DNA of 56,999 bases from an uncultured Bacilli bacterium (GCA_947628915.1 CANRBR010000001.1:1-56999); one strand, 5' to 3'; positions 36,594-46,845 are shown, numbered from the stretch's first letter. Notes: generated by a model not told the origin, from the letters alone. Program-made: numbers and translations.

Positions 36594-37886
36594 TTAAAGT
36601 TCTAAATCATCCCACATTTCTATAACTTTATCACCAATTTCACGATTATTGTGAGTATAATCATTTGTTGTTTTTATATCCGTATGTCCCATTAAATCCA
36701 TCATTTCTTTATCACTTAATTTTCCATCATTTCTCATATAAGTACAAAAACTATGTCTTAATCCGTGAAGTGTTATGTTTTTTTTACCAATTATTTTTTC
36801 TAATTCATCTTTATTGCGTTTTTTAAATTTATTCCAATTATGTGATAAAGTATCTGGGTGCATTAAACCTCCATATTTACCTAAAAATAAGTTTGGTACA
36901 ATTTCAATTTTGTCACCATATTTATTTTTCAACAGTTTAATTTCATTTTCACGATATTTTATGTATCTTTTTATAGATTCAACACAAACCATTGGAATTG
37001 GGACACCCCTTATTCCTTTTTCTGTTTTTGGTATATCTCTTTCAACTATTTTTTTAAGTTCGTTATCCCAAACAACAGAGTGCTTAACATAAATTAATCC
37101 ACCTTTAATAATCTCACCTTTTTCATTTGTAAATTTAGCATTTAAATCAATATTACTATCTTCATCTTTAGTTTTTTCAAGATGTATTCCGTTAATTTCA
37201 CAACGTCTTTCACCTGTAAAAATTGCAATAAAAAACAACGTACTATATTTAATATTATAATTATAAATCAATTTTAAAAGAGCAAATAATTCATCTTTAT
37301 TGCAAATTTCTTTTTCTTTTTTAGGCTTTGGAGATGGGCATTTAACTTTATGAATTGGATTATATTCTATATAATCCCAAACTACAGCTTTATTTAAAAG
37401 ATTTCTTAACACTCTATATGCTCCATTTAAAGTAGATGCATGTAATTTTTCAATAATACCATTTTCATTTAAAATTTTTTTATTTTGATTTTTAAGACTA
37501 ATAAGTAACTTATCTATATCATAGGCTTTTATCTCATTTAATTTATAACCACCTAAAGTTGGTAAAATATAATCATTTAGTCTTTGCTTATAACCTTTGA
37601 TAGTAGTAGGACTTAATCCATCTTGTTTGCAAAATTCAAGCCATATTTTGCAGAACTCATATAAAGTAACTTTGCTTTTATCTTTTTCTACATCTTTTAT
37701 CTTTTCTAATTCGGCAAATCCTTTTCTCTTTACAGCTCTTGCATCACTAATTTTACCATAAACATATTCAGAAAAAACTCTCTGATTTTTTCCACTACCT
37801 TTTCTTATTCTAACTCTGTAATAATCTTGACCTAATTTTTTAATGTTAGGCTCGACCGTATATGGATATTCTTTCTTTTTATTCAT
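36594..37886 (-). CDS. int: Tyrosine-type site-specific integrase
   Basis: C-terminal catalytic signature HGLRHSFCTY...LMGHTDIKTTNDYTH, SAM-like N-domain, 430 aa. RBS aagga. Confidence 0.88.
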   Translation of the reverse strand: MNKKKEYPYTVEPNIKKLGQDYYRVRIRKGSGKNQRVFSEYVYGKISDARAVKRKGFAELEKIKDVEKDKSKVTLYEFCKIWLEFCKQDGLSPTTIKGYKQRLNDYILPTLGGYKLNEIKAYDIDKLLISLKNQNKKILNENGIIEKLHASTLNGAYRVLRNLLNKAVVWDYIEYNPIHKVKCPSPKPKKEKEICNKDELFALLKLIYNYNIKYSTLFFIAIFTGERRCEINGIHLEKTKDEDSNIDLNAKFTNEKGEIIKGGLIYVKHSVVWDNELKKIVERDIPKTEKGIRGVPIPMVCVESIKRYIKYRENEIKLLKNKYGDKIEIVPNLFLGKYGGLMHPDTLSHNWNKFKKRNKDELEKIIGKKNITLHGLRHSFCTYMRNDGKLSDKEMMDLMGHTDIKTTNDYTHNNREIGDKVIEMWDDLEL

Positions 37887-37898
37887 ATATATTTTTCC

Positions 37899-38231
37899 TT
37901 ATAATTTATATCTATTTTTGTTTTTATTATTGTAAGTAGAAGTATGCTCTTTAATCCAATTATCAACTAAATTTTTTTCAAAATACATCTTATGTCCCTC
38001 ACGATAAAAAGGTAAATTTTGTTCTTTAATTGCTTTATTCAAAGTGAATCTACTAAACATCGGATAATGTGTAAGCAAATCTTCCGTTGTATAAACGATA
38101 TTGTCATTTTGTTTTTGTTTAGTTGGTAATGAATTAGTGGATATTAATTCGATTAGTTCGGATATAGTAAGTGATTTAATATATTCGACAATATCATTAT
38201 TAGACATATAATAAGTAATTCCTCCTTTCAT
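37899..38231 (-). CDS. xis: Excisionase-family HTH DNA-binding protein
   Basis: C-terminal YTTEDLLTHYPMFSRFTLNKAIKEQNLPFYREGHKMYFEKNLVDNWIKEH fits the excisionase/MerR-like HTH_17 pattern. Its ATG overlaps the coupling-protein stop (ATGA). Confidence 0.65.
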   Translation of the reverse strand: MKGGITYYMSNNDIVEYIKSLTISELIELISTNSLPTKQKQNDNIVYTTEDLLTHYPMFSRFTLNKAIKEQNLPFYREGHKMYFEKNLVDNWIKEHTSTYNNKNKNRYKL

Positions 38232-40426
38232 AAATAGTAACGATATTTTTCAGCATTAAAAAAAGTAATAATTGTACTATTACTTTCTTCATCTGTTATA
38301 ACTTCTATGTTAATCATAGGACTTATTAGATCTATGATTTTATTTTCTTCATATTTACTTATTTTTCTATTAATTATAATTTTATTATTAAAAGATTTAA
38401 CGTTAAACAATTTTTCAATATTATTTATAGTATATTTTAAATTATTATCAATTTTAGTTTCTACAGTTTCATTATTATTAATGTTATCATCTTCATAATT
38501 TTTAACTGGTGTTTCATAGTTGGCTTTCATTTGCTCTACAGTATAGTAGTTTTGGGTACTTTTCTTTAGCATTTTAGATTCTCTTTCAATAGGTGTAAAT
38601 TTATATCCTTTAAATAAATCAGTATATAAGTATGTATCCCTAAAAATTGCATTTGATATAGTTGGAAATATAATAGTTTTATATTTTAATGAAATAATTT
38701 CATTTGGTGTTAAAAGCTCACGACCTAAAAGAGAAGTAGTCTTATTACCACCAATTTTAAATTGGTCTGTACTTTGACTTATAGAAGTAGTTTCTATAGT
38801 GGCACGACCAAGTTTTTTAGATATTATTTCAGCACACTCAACACTATTAGTTTTTAAATAACATAAAGCCGAGTTATCTAAAATTATATTTGATATTTCT
38901 TTCGTATAAACACTTTCTAATTGTGCAAAAGATTGAATAAAGAATTGAAACCTCATACCACGTGAACGAGCAACAGATACTATTGTTTCAATTTCAGCGA
39001 GTGGTGGGCAATTAGCAAATTCATCTAATATCCACTCTAATTTACGTGGTAAAATACCATTATTTTGGGGCATGTTAGCGAGTTTTGTTAAATCCTTATA
39101 AATCATACCTACTATGATAGTAACGAGCTGATAATAGCTTTTATCTTCATCTGGAACGATTATATAAAGCACAGATGGATCATTAACTAAAGTAGAAAAA
39201 TCAAAATCACTTGTACTAGTTATATTTTCAACATTAAGGTCATCAAATATTTGCATTTTTTCACCAAAAACAGCTGTTATAGATTTATAAGTATTTTCAT
39301 TAGCCGATAAAATAGAAGTAAGATAATCTTTAGACATAGTACCATATTCACGAGAGTTTAAATTTCTTTGTAAGTATAATTGATTTTCTTTAATTAAAGA
39401 AGAATTTTGAAATTTTTTAATGCTAGAAATATTTATTTTATTCTCTGGAATTAATCCATTTTGGTAATCTTCTAAAAATATTCCACAAATTCCTTTAAAT
39501 AAATTTTTACTTGAATTTAACCAAAAAGGATCTTTAGTTTCCTTTTCAGAAAAAATCAAATCAGCTAGTGTATTAGTAAGTCTTATAGATTCAGCTTGAG
39601 ATGAAGAACTTTTATTTTGATAATCTTTTATTAAAAGTAATAAATCTTTTATAGAAATATTATTATAATCAAAATCTAACTTATTTTTTAAAGTATTATA
39701 AAAATCTTCATTTTCTATTTTTTCATTTATAATATCAATTTTATTTAAAATATAATCAATTATGTAATTATCAAGTTTATTATTAGTTTTGATATAAAAA
39801 CGGTAACTTTCATCAATTATAAATTTTTCATAATCTATATTTAGTTTGTTGTATAATAAACATATACATAAAAATAATTTTTCATCATAAAAACAATGTA
39901 TTTTCCACTCATCGACTATAGGTTGCATAATATTTATTCTATTGGATAGGTTGGGGTTTCTAAAGTCTATTGTAAATATATGTTTATATCCATTATTTTT
40001 AAATAGTTTAGATGTTTTGGCAAATATTTCACCTTTAGGATCAGTAACAATAATACTGTGCTTTTTTTTTGATGTCGCAAACATTAAGCACTCTGGTATA
40101 ACAACACAAGTGGATTTACCACTTCCTGTAGATCCTATAAGTACCCAATGTGGACTTGTATTATCAAAATAAACATTTGAAAACTTATTTTTAGATTTAT
40201 CAAAATAAATTGGGAATCCAGCTTCTGTAATATTGTAAAGATTTTCTTTTTTAAAATTTTTATGTATTTCTTTAGGACTAGCAAATTTTGAACTACCGTG
40301 TTCATTATGATTTTTAATTTTTTTAGTATTTAATTTAGGCTCTATATAAAGAATAAAAGTTATGCTTAATATAACGATTATTAATATTAAAACATAAAAA
40401 AAAGATATATTATTATCAAGTGTCAT
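38228..40426 (-). CDS. Type IV coupling protein (VirD4/TraG family)
   Basis: N-terminal TM helix, Walker A GSTGSGKST, 732 aa, WILDEFANCP (Walker B-like). Located in the conjugation module. Confidence 0.8.
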   Translation of the reverse strand: MTLDNNISFFYVLILIIVILSITFILYIEPKLNTKKIKNHNEHGSSKFASPKEIHKNFKKENLYNITEAGFPIYFDKSKNKFSNVYFDNTSPHWVLIGSTGSGKSTCVVIPECLMFATSKKKHSIIVTDPKGEIFAKTSKLFKNNGYKHIFTIDFRNPNLSNRINIMQPIVDEWKIHCFYDEKLFLCICLLYNKLNIDYEKFIIDESYRFYIKTNNKLDNYIIDYILNKIDIINEKIENEDFYNTLKNKLDFDYNNISIKDLLLLIKDYQNKSSSSQAESIRLTNTLADLIFSEKETKDPFWLNSSKNLFKGICGIFLEDYQNGLIPENKINISSIKKFQNSSLIKENQLYLQRNLNSREYGTMSKDYLTSILSANENTYKSITAVFGEKMQIFDDLNVENITSTSDFDFSTLVNDPSVLYIIVPDEDKSYYQLVTIIVGMIYKDLTKLANMPQNNGILPRKLEWILDEFANCPPLAEIETIVSVARSRGMRFQFFIQSFAQLESVYTKEISNIILDNSALCYLKTNSVECAEIISKKLGRATIETTSISQSTDQFKIGGNKTTSLLGRELLTPNEIISLKYKTIIFPTISNAIFRDTYLYTDLFKGYKFTPIERESKMLKKSTQNYYTVEQMKANYETPVKNYEDDNINNNETVETKIDNNLKYTINNIEKLFNVKSFNNKIIINRKISKYEENKIIDLISPMINIEVITDEESNSTIITFFNAEKYRYYL

Positions 40427-40439
40427 AAAACCTCTCTAA

Positions 40440-41039
40440 TTATAATTCATATTCATTATCTTTTATTATTTCTTTATATTCACTATAAGGCATTACTGTA
40501 TAATTATCCATTAAATCATCTAATAATACAGCAAAATTCTTCTCATTAAGACCAATATCTTTATTTGTAATTATAGAGCCACAATTATTAACTAAAACGT
40601 GTTTTTCAACCCAACCACCATCACCATACAAACAACTTTCTCTTAAATCATAACAAAAATATCCTTTATCTTCAAAAAATTTTCTCTGTTCTTTATTTAA
40701 CCTAATATCAAACATATAATATTTATTATTTGACTTATCTAAATCTTGTTTATATTTTAAATATTGTTTATATGTCATAGCTTTGGGAAGTTCTTGTTGT
40801 TCTTCACAATGATCGCCAACAAATTTATTAATTCTATATATCATATTATTATCTATATCATCTTCATCTGATACTATTTTATCTTTAGTAGATGTTAGAG
40901 ATAAATATATATTGGTATATCTATCTCTTTCAGCACCATCACTCATTAACATACAGTCATAATAAAATTTAATTGCAGTCTTTCTGTCTGGGAAAGTAGT
41001 AAGTGAATTATAATTAATTACATCTACAGGTGTGTTCAT
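40440..41039 (-). CDS. Hypothetical ICE protein (199 aa)
   Basis: Its ATG overlaps the upstream stop (ATGA). No motif recognised. Confidence 0.55.
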   Translation of the reverse strand: MNTPVDVINYNSLTTFPDRKTAIKFYYDCMLMSDGAERDRYTNIYLSLTSTKDKIVSDEDDIDNNMIYRINKFVGDHCEEQQELPKAMTYKQYLKYKQDLDKSNNKYYMFDIRLNKEQRKFFEDKGYFCYDLRESCLYGDGGWVEKHVLVNNCGSIITNKDIGLNEKNFAVLLDDLMDNYTVMPYSEYKEIIKDNEYEL

Positions 41040-41323
41040 AATTGCAACAGCTCCTCATCATTAAAAAGTTCATTATTAGTAGAGAAATCTTTTACAATAT
41101 CTTTTTCACGATACCAAATTTTTAAATTTTCATTTGTAATTTTATTATGAGCTAACCAATATATGTTATTACCATTAATACCAATAGATCCCTGTAAAAT
41201 AATAGAGTAGTTTTTATTTTTTAAATATTCAATAACATCTTTTTGAGTGTTTTTCTCTTTTTTAATTTTTAAAGTATCTATAACTTTATTTGTTTCATAA
41301 TTATAAATTTCAATTAATTTCAT
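41036..41323 (-). CDS. Hypothetical ICE protein (95 aa)
   Basis: RBS ggaggt. No motif recognised. Confidence 0.5.
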   Translation of the reverse strand: MKLIEIYNYETNKVIDTLKIKKEKNTQKDVIEYLKNKNYSIILQGSIGINGNNIYWLAHNKITNENLKIWYREKDIVKDFSTNNELFNDEELLQL

Positions 41324-41380
41324 AAATTAAACCTCCATTTCTTCATAAAAAAAAGATTATCAAATTTTTTGATAATCTAT

Positions 41381-42973
41381 TTAATTTTTAATATCACGTT
41401 TTATATAAATAACATTAGTAATAGTGTATAAAACAATTATTGTAATCAAAGATATTAATATTCCATAGTTTAAACTCATATTAGTCTTTTTTAGTATTGT
41501 AGTATAAAACTCTTGCTTACCAAAAATAAATCCACAATCAAAATACATAAAAGGTGTTTTTGTCAAAAATATAAATAATGATTTAAAATTCGCACACAAA
41601 TAGTACATAATTACTGGAAGTATACTTAATATAGTAGTTACGCTTGTTGTAAGTGCAGTATTCAAAGTTACACTAGATAAGAAGAATAGTATACTTAAAA
41701 ATGCAATAACAGGAATACTAGCTATAAATAAGTCTTTTAACAAATATAAGTAATAATTAATTTCAATGACTTGTCCGTTGGTATATATTAATTTTGGGGT
41801 GAATAAATCATAAAATCCAAATCTAAATCCAGCATATAAACTTATAACTATTAGTCCAATTAACCATATAATGTATGTATGTAAAATTAAATATATAAAT
41901 TTGCTAAATAATATTTTCCATCTCTTAACTGGTGCAGTAATAATATTTTTAATAGTACCTTTACTATGTTCTTCACTTATAATTTTACTACTAGTAACAC
42001 TTACTATAATTAATACTATTAATGACAAGTGAAATACTTGATTAACAGCAGTTTTACTTGTAAAATAATCATTCCCATCTTGACCTATATGTGTTGTCTT
42101 ATCAAATGATAAATCGTGTTTTATATTATGTAGTGTACTATAAAGTAGTATTTGTTTTTGAGCAATAACATCTTTATTTAAATTCGTATTATATCTAATA
42201 TAATCTTTATATGTTGAAAATTCGTGTCTTTCATCTGATTTATTAAATTCATCTTCATTATAATAATCATCACTTATAGGTGGTAGATTTATATATTGAT
42301 TATAATTTAAAGCTCTAAAATCAGTTATACTTTCAACTTTGTTAGAAATAATTGCTTCTGATATTTTAATTTCATCTTCAAATAGCAAATCATTGTTCAT
42401 TAAATATTTAACATATAAGTAATATTTATCTTCTTTTAAAAGAGTTGTATAGTTATCAATAATTTTATTATTCTCTAAATACAAACTTTCAAGTTCTTCA
42501 TTGTTATATGAATTACATAAATGATGAATTTCACCTTGAAAAGAGGATTCAAAATAAGAACTATTAATGTTACAAATCGTTTCAATTTCTAAATTATCTC
42601 TATTTTCTTTAAAAATATTAATAGTGTAATTTTGTTCTAAAGCCTTTGCTAAATCGTATGCAACTTGTATCTCCCAACTTATATTAAGTAATTTTTTTTC
42701 TTTAAAGTATTTGTTAATAGGTATATATATTTTAGCAGAATATAAATCAAATTCTTCTTCTAATGTTAATTCATCTTTTTTAGATAATTCATTATATTTA
42801 TCTTGCCAATAGACACTAGTATCGCCTCCATAATAACTGTAAGAGTCGTAATAAAGGTTTGTAAATTCAGTTAAAATTATAGAAGAAATAATTAATATTA
42901 ATGTAATAATACATAATTTTTTAATATTGTAATTTTTTAAAAATTCACTCTTTACTAAACTAATAACTTTCAT
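41381..42973 (-). CDS. ABC-2-type transporter permease with a large extracytoplasmic domain
   Basis: One N-terminal TM, an Asn/Tyr-rich domain of about 290 aa, then 5 C-terminal TM helices. It starts 3 nt after the ATPase stop. Confidence 0.65.
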   Translation of the reverse strand: MKVISLVKSEFLKNYNIKKLCIITLILIISSIILTEFTNLYYDSYSYYGGDTSVYWQDKYNELSKKDELTLEEEFDLYSAKIYIPINKYFKEKKLLNISWEIQVAYDLAKALEQNYTINIFKENRDNLEIETICNINSSYFESSFQGEIHHLCNSYNNEELESLYLENNKIIDNYTTLLKEDKYYLYVKYLMNNDLLFEDEIKISEAIISNKVESITDFRALNYNQYINLPPISDDYYNEDEFNKSDERHEFSTYKDYIRYNTNLNKDVIAQKQILLYSTLHNIKHDLSFDKTTHIGQDGNDYFTSKTAVNQVFHLSLIVLIIVSVTSSKIISEEHSKGTIKNIITAPVKRWKILFSKFIYLILHTYIIWLIGLIVISLYAGFRFGFYDLFTPKLIYTNGQVIEINYYLYLLKDLFIASIPVIAFLSILFFLSSVTLNTALTTSVTTILSILPVIMYYLCANFKSLFIFLTKTPFMYFDCGFIFGKQEFYTTILKKTNMSLNYGILISLITIIVLYTITNVIYIKRDIKN

Positions 42974-42976
42974 ATT

Positions 42977-43945
42977 CTACACCTGTTCATCTTTCTTATT
43001 AGTTTTAGAAAAAAATTCTTCTTCTAAACTAATATTTTTATATTTAACTTCTTCAATACCAAACTCACTATTTATTTTTCCATCATCAATAATAAGAATA
43101 CGATCACATATATTTTCTACTTCTGATAAAATATGACTACTTATTAGTATACTCATATTTTCCTCGCGACTTATTTTCTTTAATATCTCTCTTAATTCTT
43201 TTATACCTAAAGGATCTAATCCGTTAGTTGGCTCATCTAATATTAAAAGTTTAGGTTTTTTTATCAAAGCATTAGCAAGTCCTAATCTCTGTTTCATACC
43301 TAAAGAATATTTTTTAACCTTATCATCTATTCTATCTTCTAACTTAACAAATTTAATCATTGAATTTATATAATCTTTATCTTTTAAGTTATTTATAAGT
43401 GATGTTATTTGAAGATTTCTTCTACCTGATAAGTTTTGGTACATATCTGGGTTTTCAATAATACATCCTATTTTAGATAGTGCTTCTTCTAAATTCTTTT
43501 TAGTATCAAATCCACATATTTTTACATTTCCAGAATCAGCTTTATATAAATTTAAAATAGTTTTTATAAGAGTTGTTTTTCCAGCACCGTTAGGTCCGAT
43601 TAATCCAACTATGTCTCCCTCGTAAATATCAAAATTAATGTTTTGTAAAATTTTTCTTTTACCAAAGGATTTATATAGATTTGAAACTTCTAATACTTTT
43701 TTATGATGTTCCTTATCTATTTCTTTTTTCTTAAACTTTCTTTCACCATTTAAAATTTCTTGCACAGACACTTTAAATATTTTAGATAAAGTTGTTAGAG
43801 TAGAAATATCTGGTGCATTTATTCCTCTTTCCCATTTTGAAACTGAATTATCAGAAATTCCTAACATATCACCAATATCTTTTTGAGTATATCCGTATTC
43901 AGTTCTTAATTGAGCAATAAATTTACCCATTTTTTCTTGATCCAT
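42977..43945 (-). CDS. XRE-family HTH fused to an ABC transporter ATP-binding protein
   Basis: N-terminus MGKFIAQLRTEYGYTQKDIGDMLGISDNSVSKWERGINAPD (HTH_3). Then Walker A GPNGAGKTT, signature YSLGMKQR and Walker B LLILDEPTNGLD. Start at the ATG at 43945, after gaggtg. Confidence 0.8.
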   Translation of the reverse strand: MDQEKMGKFIAQLRTEYGYTQKDIGDMLGISDNSVSKWERGINAPDISTLTTLSKIFKVSVQEILNGERKFKKKEIDKEHHKKVLEVSNLYKSFGKRKILQNINFDIYEGDIVGLIGPNGAGKTTLIKTILNLYKADSGNVKICGFDTKKNLEEALSKIGCIIENPDMYQNLSGRRNLQITSLINNLKDKDYINSMIKFVKLEDRIDDKVKKYSLGMKQRLGLANALIKKPKLLILDEPTNGLDPLGIKELREILKKISREENMSILISSHILSEVENICDRILIIDDGKINSEFGIEEVKYKNISLEEEFFSKTNKKDEQV

Positions 43946-43994
43946 ATTGTTCACCTCACAAGAATATTATATAAGAATTTTTCCAAAAAAACTA

Positions 43995-44009
43995 TGACTT
44001 ATTAAGTCA
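43995..44009. promoter_or_regulatory. Perfect palindrome, candidate operator of the HTH-ABC operon
   Basis: tgactta-t-taagtca lies directly upstream of a TATAAT-containing promoter region, about 50 nt before the start codon. Confidence 0.5.
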
Positions 44010-44177
44010 GTAAAAAGTATAAGATAAAATTTATAAAATATATATAATTTACTAAAAAAGGTTCAATATGACCTGTTTTAATGATACTATTTTAAATTAC
44101 ACAGTAAAGTAAAATAACTCAATAGTCAGGTTACTTCTTAATAAAATAAATATAACATAAATCGACAAAATTTTAAA

Positions 44178-45626
44178 TTATTTAGATAAATCTTTTTCCT
44201 TTTCTTGTAGCATTTCATAAAATTGTTCGGCAACTTGATCTTGTTTGTATTTTAATCTACTAAAAGCATTATTAATAGCTCTTTTAGTAGAAAATTCATT
44301 ATTAAAATTTTTATCTAATAAATTAATTTTAGTTTTAGAATTTCTTTTTTCATTAAGATAAACAAGTAATACAGCCTCATTTATTAAATCATTAAAAGTA
44401 ATTTTTGAATTTGAAGAAAAGATATTATTATATGTATATAAAGAGTGATTTACTATGGCATTTAATACGTAATTGTCATATTTTTCTAGTTTATCTTTAA
44501 TTAATTTACTATCTTTAGCACTTTCAAATCCAACATTACTAATATTATTATCTTTATCTATTTTTAAAAATGTTTGATTAATATTATCTATGTTTTTATT
44601 TATTTCATATTTTGATAATGAAATATCTTTGCTTTTTAAAATATATTCTTTAATTTCTTTAGTTAAATATCTAATTTCTTTACCGTTTTTGTCTTTTGGT
44701 AAAGAATTGTACTTAATATATTTAGAATTTCTTCTTATTTGATTAAGTAGTTGACCTAATCTTAATATTTTAAATTCTAAATTAACATCTTTAATATTTC
44801 TTAATGTAAAACTTTTTTCTTTTGGATTAAAGTATTTTTTGTATTCTTCTAAACTTTCATTTAACTTTATAAGCTTTGGTGTGAAAATTTTTGCTCTTTC
44901 TATTGAAAGAATAGATTGTCTTTTTATAAAATTTAATTCTTCATCGTTTAAGTTAAGTCTTTGTTTAAAATGTAATTTATTATCAGTACCTAAATATGAT
45001 TCTTTCTTTTCAATAAATCCTATATGAAAATGATAATTATTTCTATCTAAAGCAGAGTGTAAAGCTACCACCCAGTCCATATTTTTTTTTGGATCTTGAT
45101 AACCACACTTTTTTAAAAAGATAGGCATTATTTTTGTAGATAATTCTTTTTGCAAATTATCAATACCAACATTTTCATCTACATAATCTTTATTAAATGA
45201 TAAGACAGAAAGATGTATATTACTGTTATCAAAAAGTTTAGACCAATAAAAATTTTTTTTATCGGCTTCGGCATCTGTAATATAATTTCCTGTTTTATCC
45301 ATCATCATTTTATCACGTTGCATATTATTTACTTCCATAATAGAAATATCTTTTTTACTTCCCAACATATAACCGAATAAATTATTATTTTTATCATAAT
45401 TTAATAAAGATATATTAACTTTTTTTTCATCTCTACTATAATCAAAAAATCCTTTATTACCAAATAAATATTTTTTAGCTTGAATAGAATAATTAATTTT
45501 ATTTTTACAGTTTTTAAAAATTTTTTTACCGTTTTTATCTTTACCTTTATAAAGAAAAAAATTATTGTCTTTATTGTTTACAGCAAAAAAGGGATTATCT
45601 ATAAATACTACTTTAGGACTATCCAT
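44178..45626 (-). CDS. Putative conjugative relaxase (HUH, MobL/MOBQ-like)
   Basis: N-terminal Tyr motif GFFDYSRDEK and histidine triad HSALDRNNYHFHIGF (H-x3-D-x4-H-x-H). 482 aa with a coiled C-terminal half. It lies downstream of a repeat-rich candidate oriT. Confidence 0.6.
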   Translation of the reverse strand: MDSPKVVFIDNPFFAVNNKDNNFFLYKGKDKNGKKIFKNCKNKINYSIQAKKYLFGNKGFFDYSRDEKKVNISLLNYDKNNNLFGYMLGSKKDISIMEVNNMQRDKMMMDKTGNYITDAEADKKNFYWSKLFDNSNIHLSVLSFNKDYVDENVGIDNLQKELSTKIMPIFLKKCGYQDPKKNMDWVVALHSALDRNNYHFHIGFIEKKESYLGTDNKLHFKQRLNLNDEELNFIKRQSILSIERAKIFTPKLIKLNESLEEYKKYFNPKEKSFTLRNIKDVNLEFKILRLGQLLNQIRRNSKYIKYNSLPKDKNGKEIRYLTKEIKEYILKSKDISLSKYEINKNIDNINQTFLKIDKDNNISNVGFESAKDSKLIKDKLEKYDNYVLNAIVNHSLYTYNNIFSSNSKITFNDLINEAVLLVYLNEKRNSKTKINLLDKNFNNEFSTKRAINNAFSRLKYKQDQVAEQFYEMLQEKEKDLSK

Positions 45627-45852
45627 TTTTTAGCACCTTTTCTAAAAGTAACTTAACCTCATTTAATTTTAAAAATAGTTCTTCATCATTAGTATTTTTA
45701 AATTTTAATTCTTCATATTTTAAAATTCCTAATTCTAATAAATACTCTAAAGTAAGATAAGAATAAGGGTGTTCTATTTCACGATTAATAATATCAATTT
45801 TATCATTAATGGACTTTTTAATTCTGATCCATTTTTTAATGTACTTTTCCAT
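45619..45852 (-). CDS. Hypothetical small protein (77 aa, possible relaxosome accessory)
   Basis: Overlaps the relaxase start by 8 nt. No motif recognised. Confidence 0.45.
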   Translation of the reverse strand: MEKYIKKWIRIKKSINDKIDIINREIEHPYSYLTLEYLLELGILKYEELKFKNTNDEELFLKLNEVKLLLEKVLKNG

Positions 45853-45855
45853 AAA

Positions 45856-46179
45856 TTAATTAAAAATTTTATATTTGTTTTTTTTGATATTATTATAAAA
45901 CTCATTTAAAAATTCATCTTCATTAGGATTAAGATTTTCTCTAAATCCTAAATTAGCATATATTTGCTCATTAAGATTTTTTGATAGAGAAACAATACCT
46001 AATATTCTATCAATTTTATAATCTAAATCTTTAAAGTTTTCAAAAAACTTTTCATTTTCAAAGAATATGTTTAGTATATCATTAATAGCTTTATTCTTTG
46101 TTTTTATCTTATTTAATTTCATATAAGAATTTATTTTATCTTCTAAATAATCTTCTATATCTATAGACTTTCTTGACAC
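45856..46179 (-). CDS. Hypothetical small protein (107 aa, possible relaxosome accessory)
   Basis: GTG start 7 nt after gaggt. First gene after the repeat-rich intergenic region. Confidence 0.45.
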   Translation of the reverse strand: MSRKSIDIEDYLEDKINSYMKLNKIKTKNKAINDILNIFFENEKFFENFKDLDYKIDRILGIVSLSKNLNEQIYANLGFRENLNPNEDEFLNEFYNNIKKNKYKIFN

Positions 46180-46228
46180 TTTTTATACCTCAATAATACA
46201 AAATAATAAGAAACAGGATATGATATTC

Positions 46229-46342
46229 GCCACCTTAATAACTAAAACCACTTATTTTATAAGGGTTTTAGTGGTGGCAAAACAATTTTTGCACTTGCAA
46301 AAATAACACCAATTTCATAAAATTATTGCACCAATTTCATAA
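46229..46342. promoter_or_regulatory. Repeat-rich intergenic region, candidate oriT / control region
   Basis: Composite hairpin: gccacc (46229-46234) pairs with ggtggc (46273-46278), and ctaaaacc (46242-46249) pairs with ggttttag (46264-46271). 8-bp inverted repeat tttttgca-ct-tgcaaaaa (46286-46303). 14-bp direct repeat caccaatttcataa at 46307 and 46329. Confidence 0.45.
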
Positions 46343-46389
46343 TTATATTTGATGACCTTAAATAAAGTAGGTGTAAAAGTGGTGCAACT

Positions 46390-46845
46390 TCAATTATCTG
46401 TATTATCTTTTTTCTTTTCTAATTCTAAATTATTTATAGAAGATTCTTGATAATTTTTTTCTAGTTCATTTAATTTAGTTCTATAAATTTGATTTGCTTG
46501 TTTTATTTCATTAATAACTAATTCTAATTTATATTCTTTATTTAAATAATTTCTTTTAGTTATATAATTTTCTTCAAGCATAGATGAATTTTTATTAAGT
46601 GTGTAAATATATGCACCATAATAATTATACTCATTATAATAAATTAAACTAACATTATGAGCTTTATTTTTATATTTTAAATTGTAAAATCTTATCTTAT
46701 CTATATTGTTTGTATTAAGTAAATCTACATCAAATTTTATCCCATATTTTTGTTTTATGTCAATTAAACTTTTTTTAAATTCCTCTCTTAATTTATCTTG
46801 TTCAGTAATTTTTTCTTTTACTTTTTCTGTACTATCCAAGTTCAT
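46390..46845 (-). CDS. Hypothetical coiled-coil protein
   Basis: Start moved to the ATG at 46845, 6 nt after gaggtg. It overlaps the primase stop. Confidence 0.5.
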   Translation of the reverse strand: MNLDSTEKVKEKITEQDKLREEFKKSLIDIKQKYGIKFDVDLLNTNNIDKIRFYNLKYKNKAHNVSLIYYNEYNYYGAYIYTLNKNSSMLEENYITKRNYLNKEYKLELVINEIKQANQIYRTKLNELEKNYQESSINNLELEKKKDNTDN

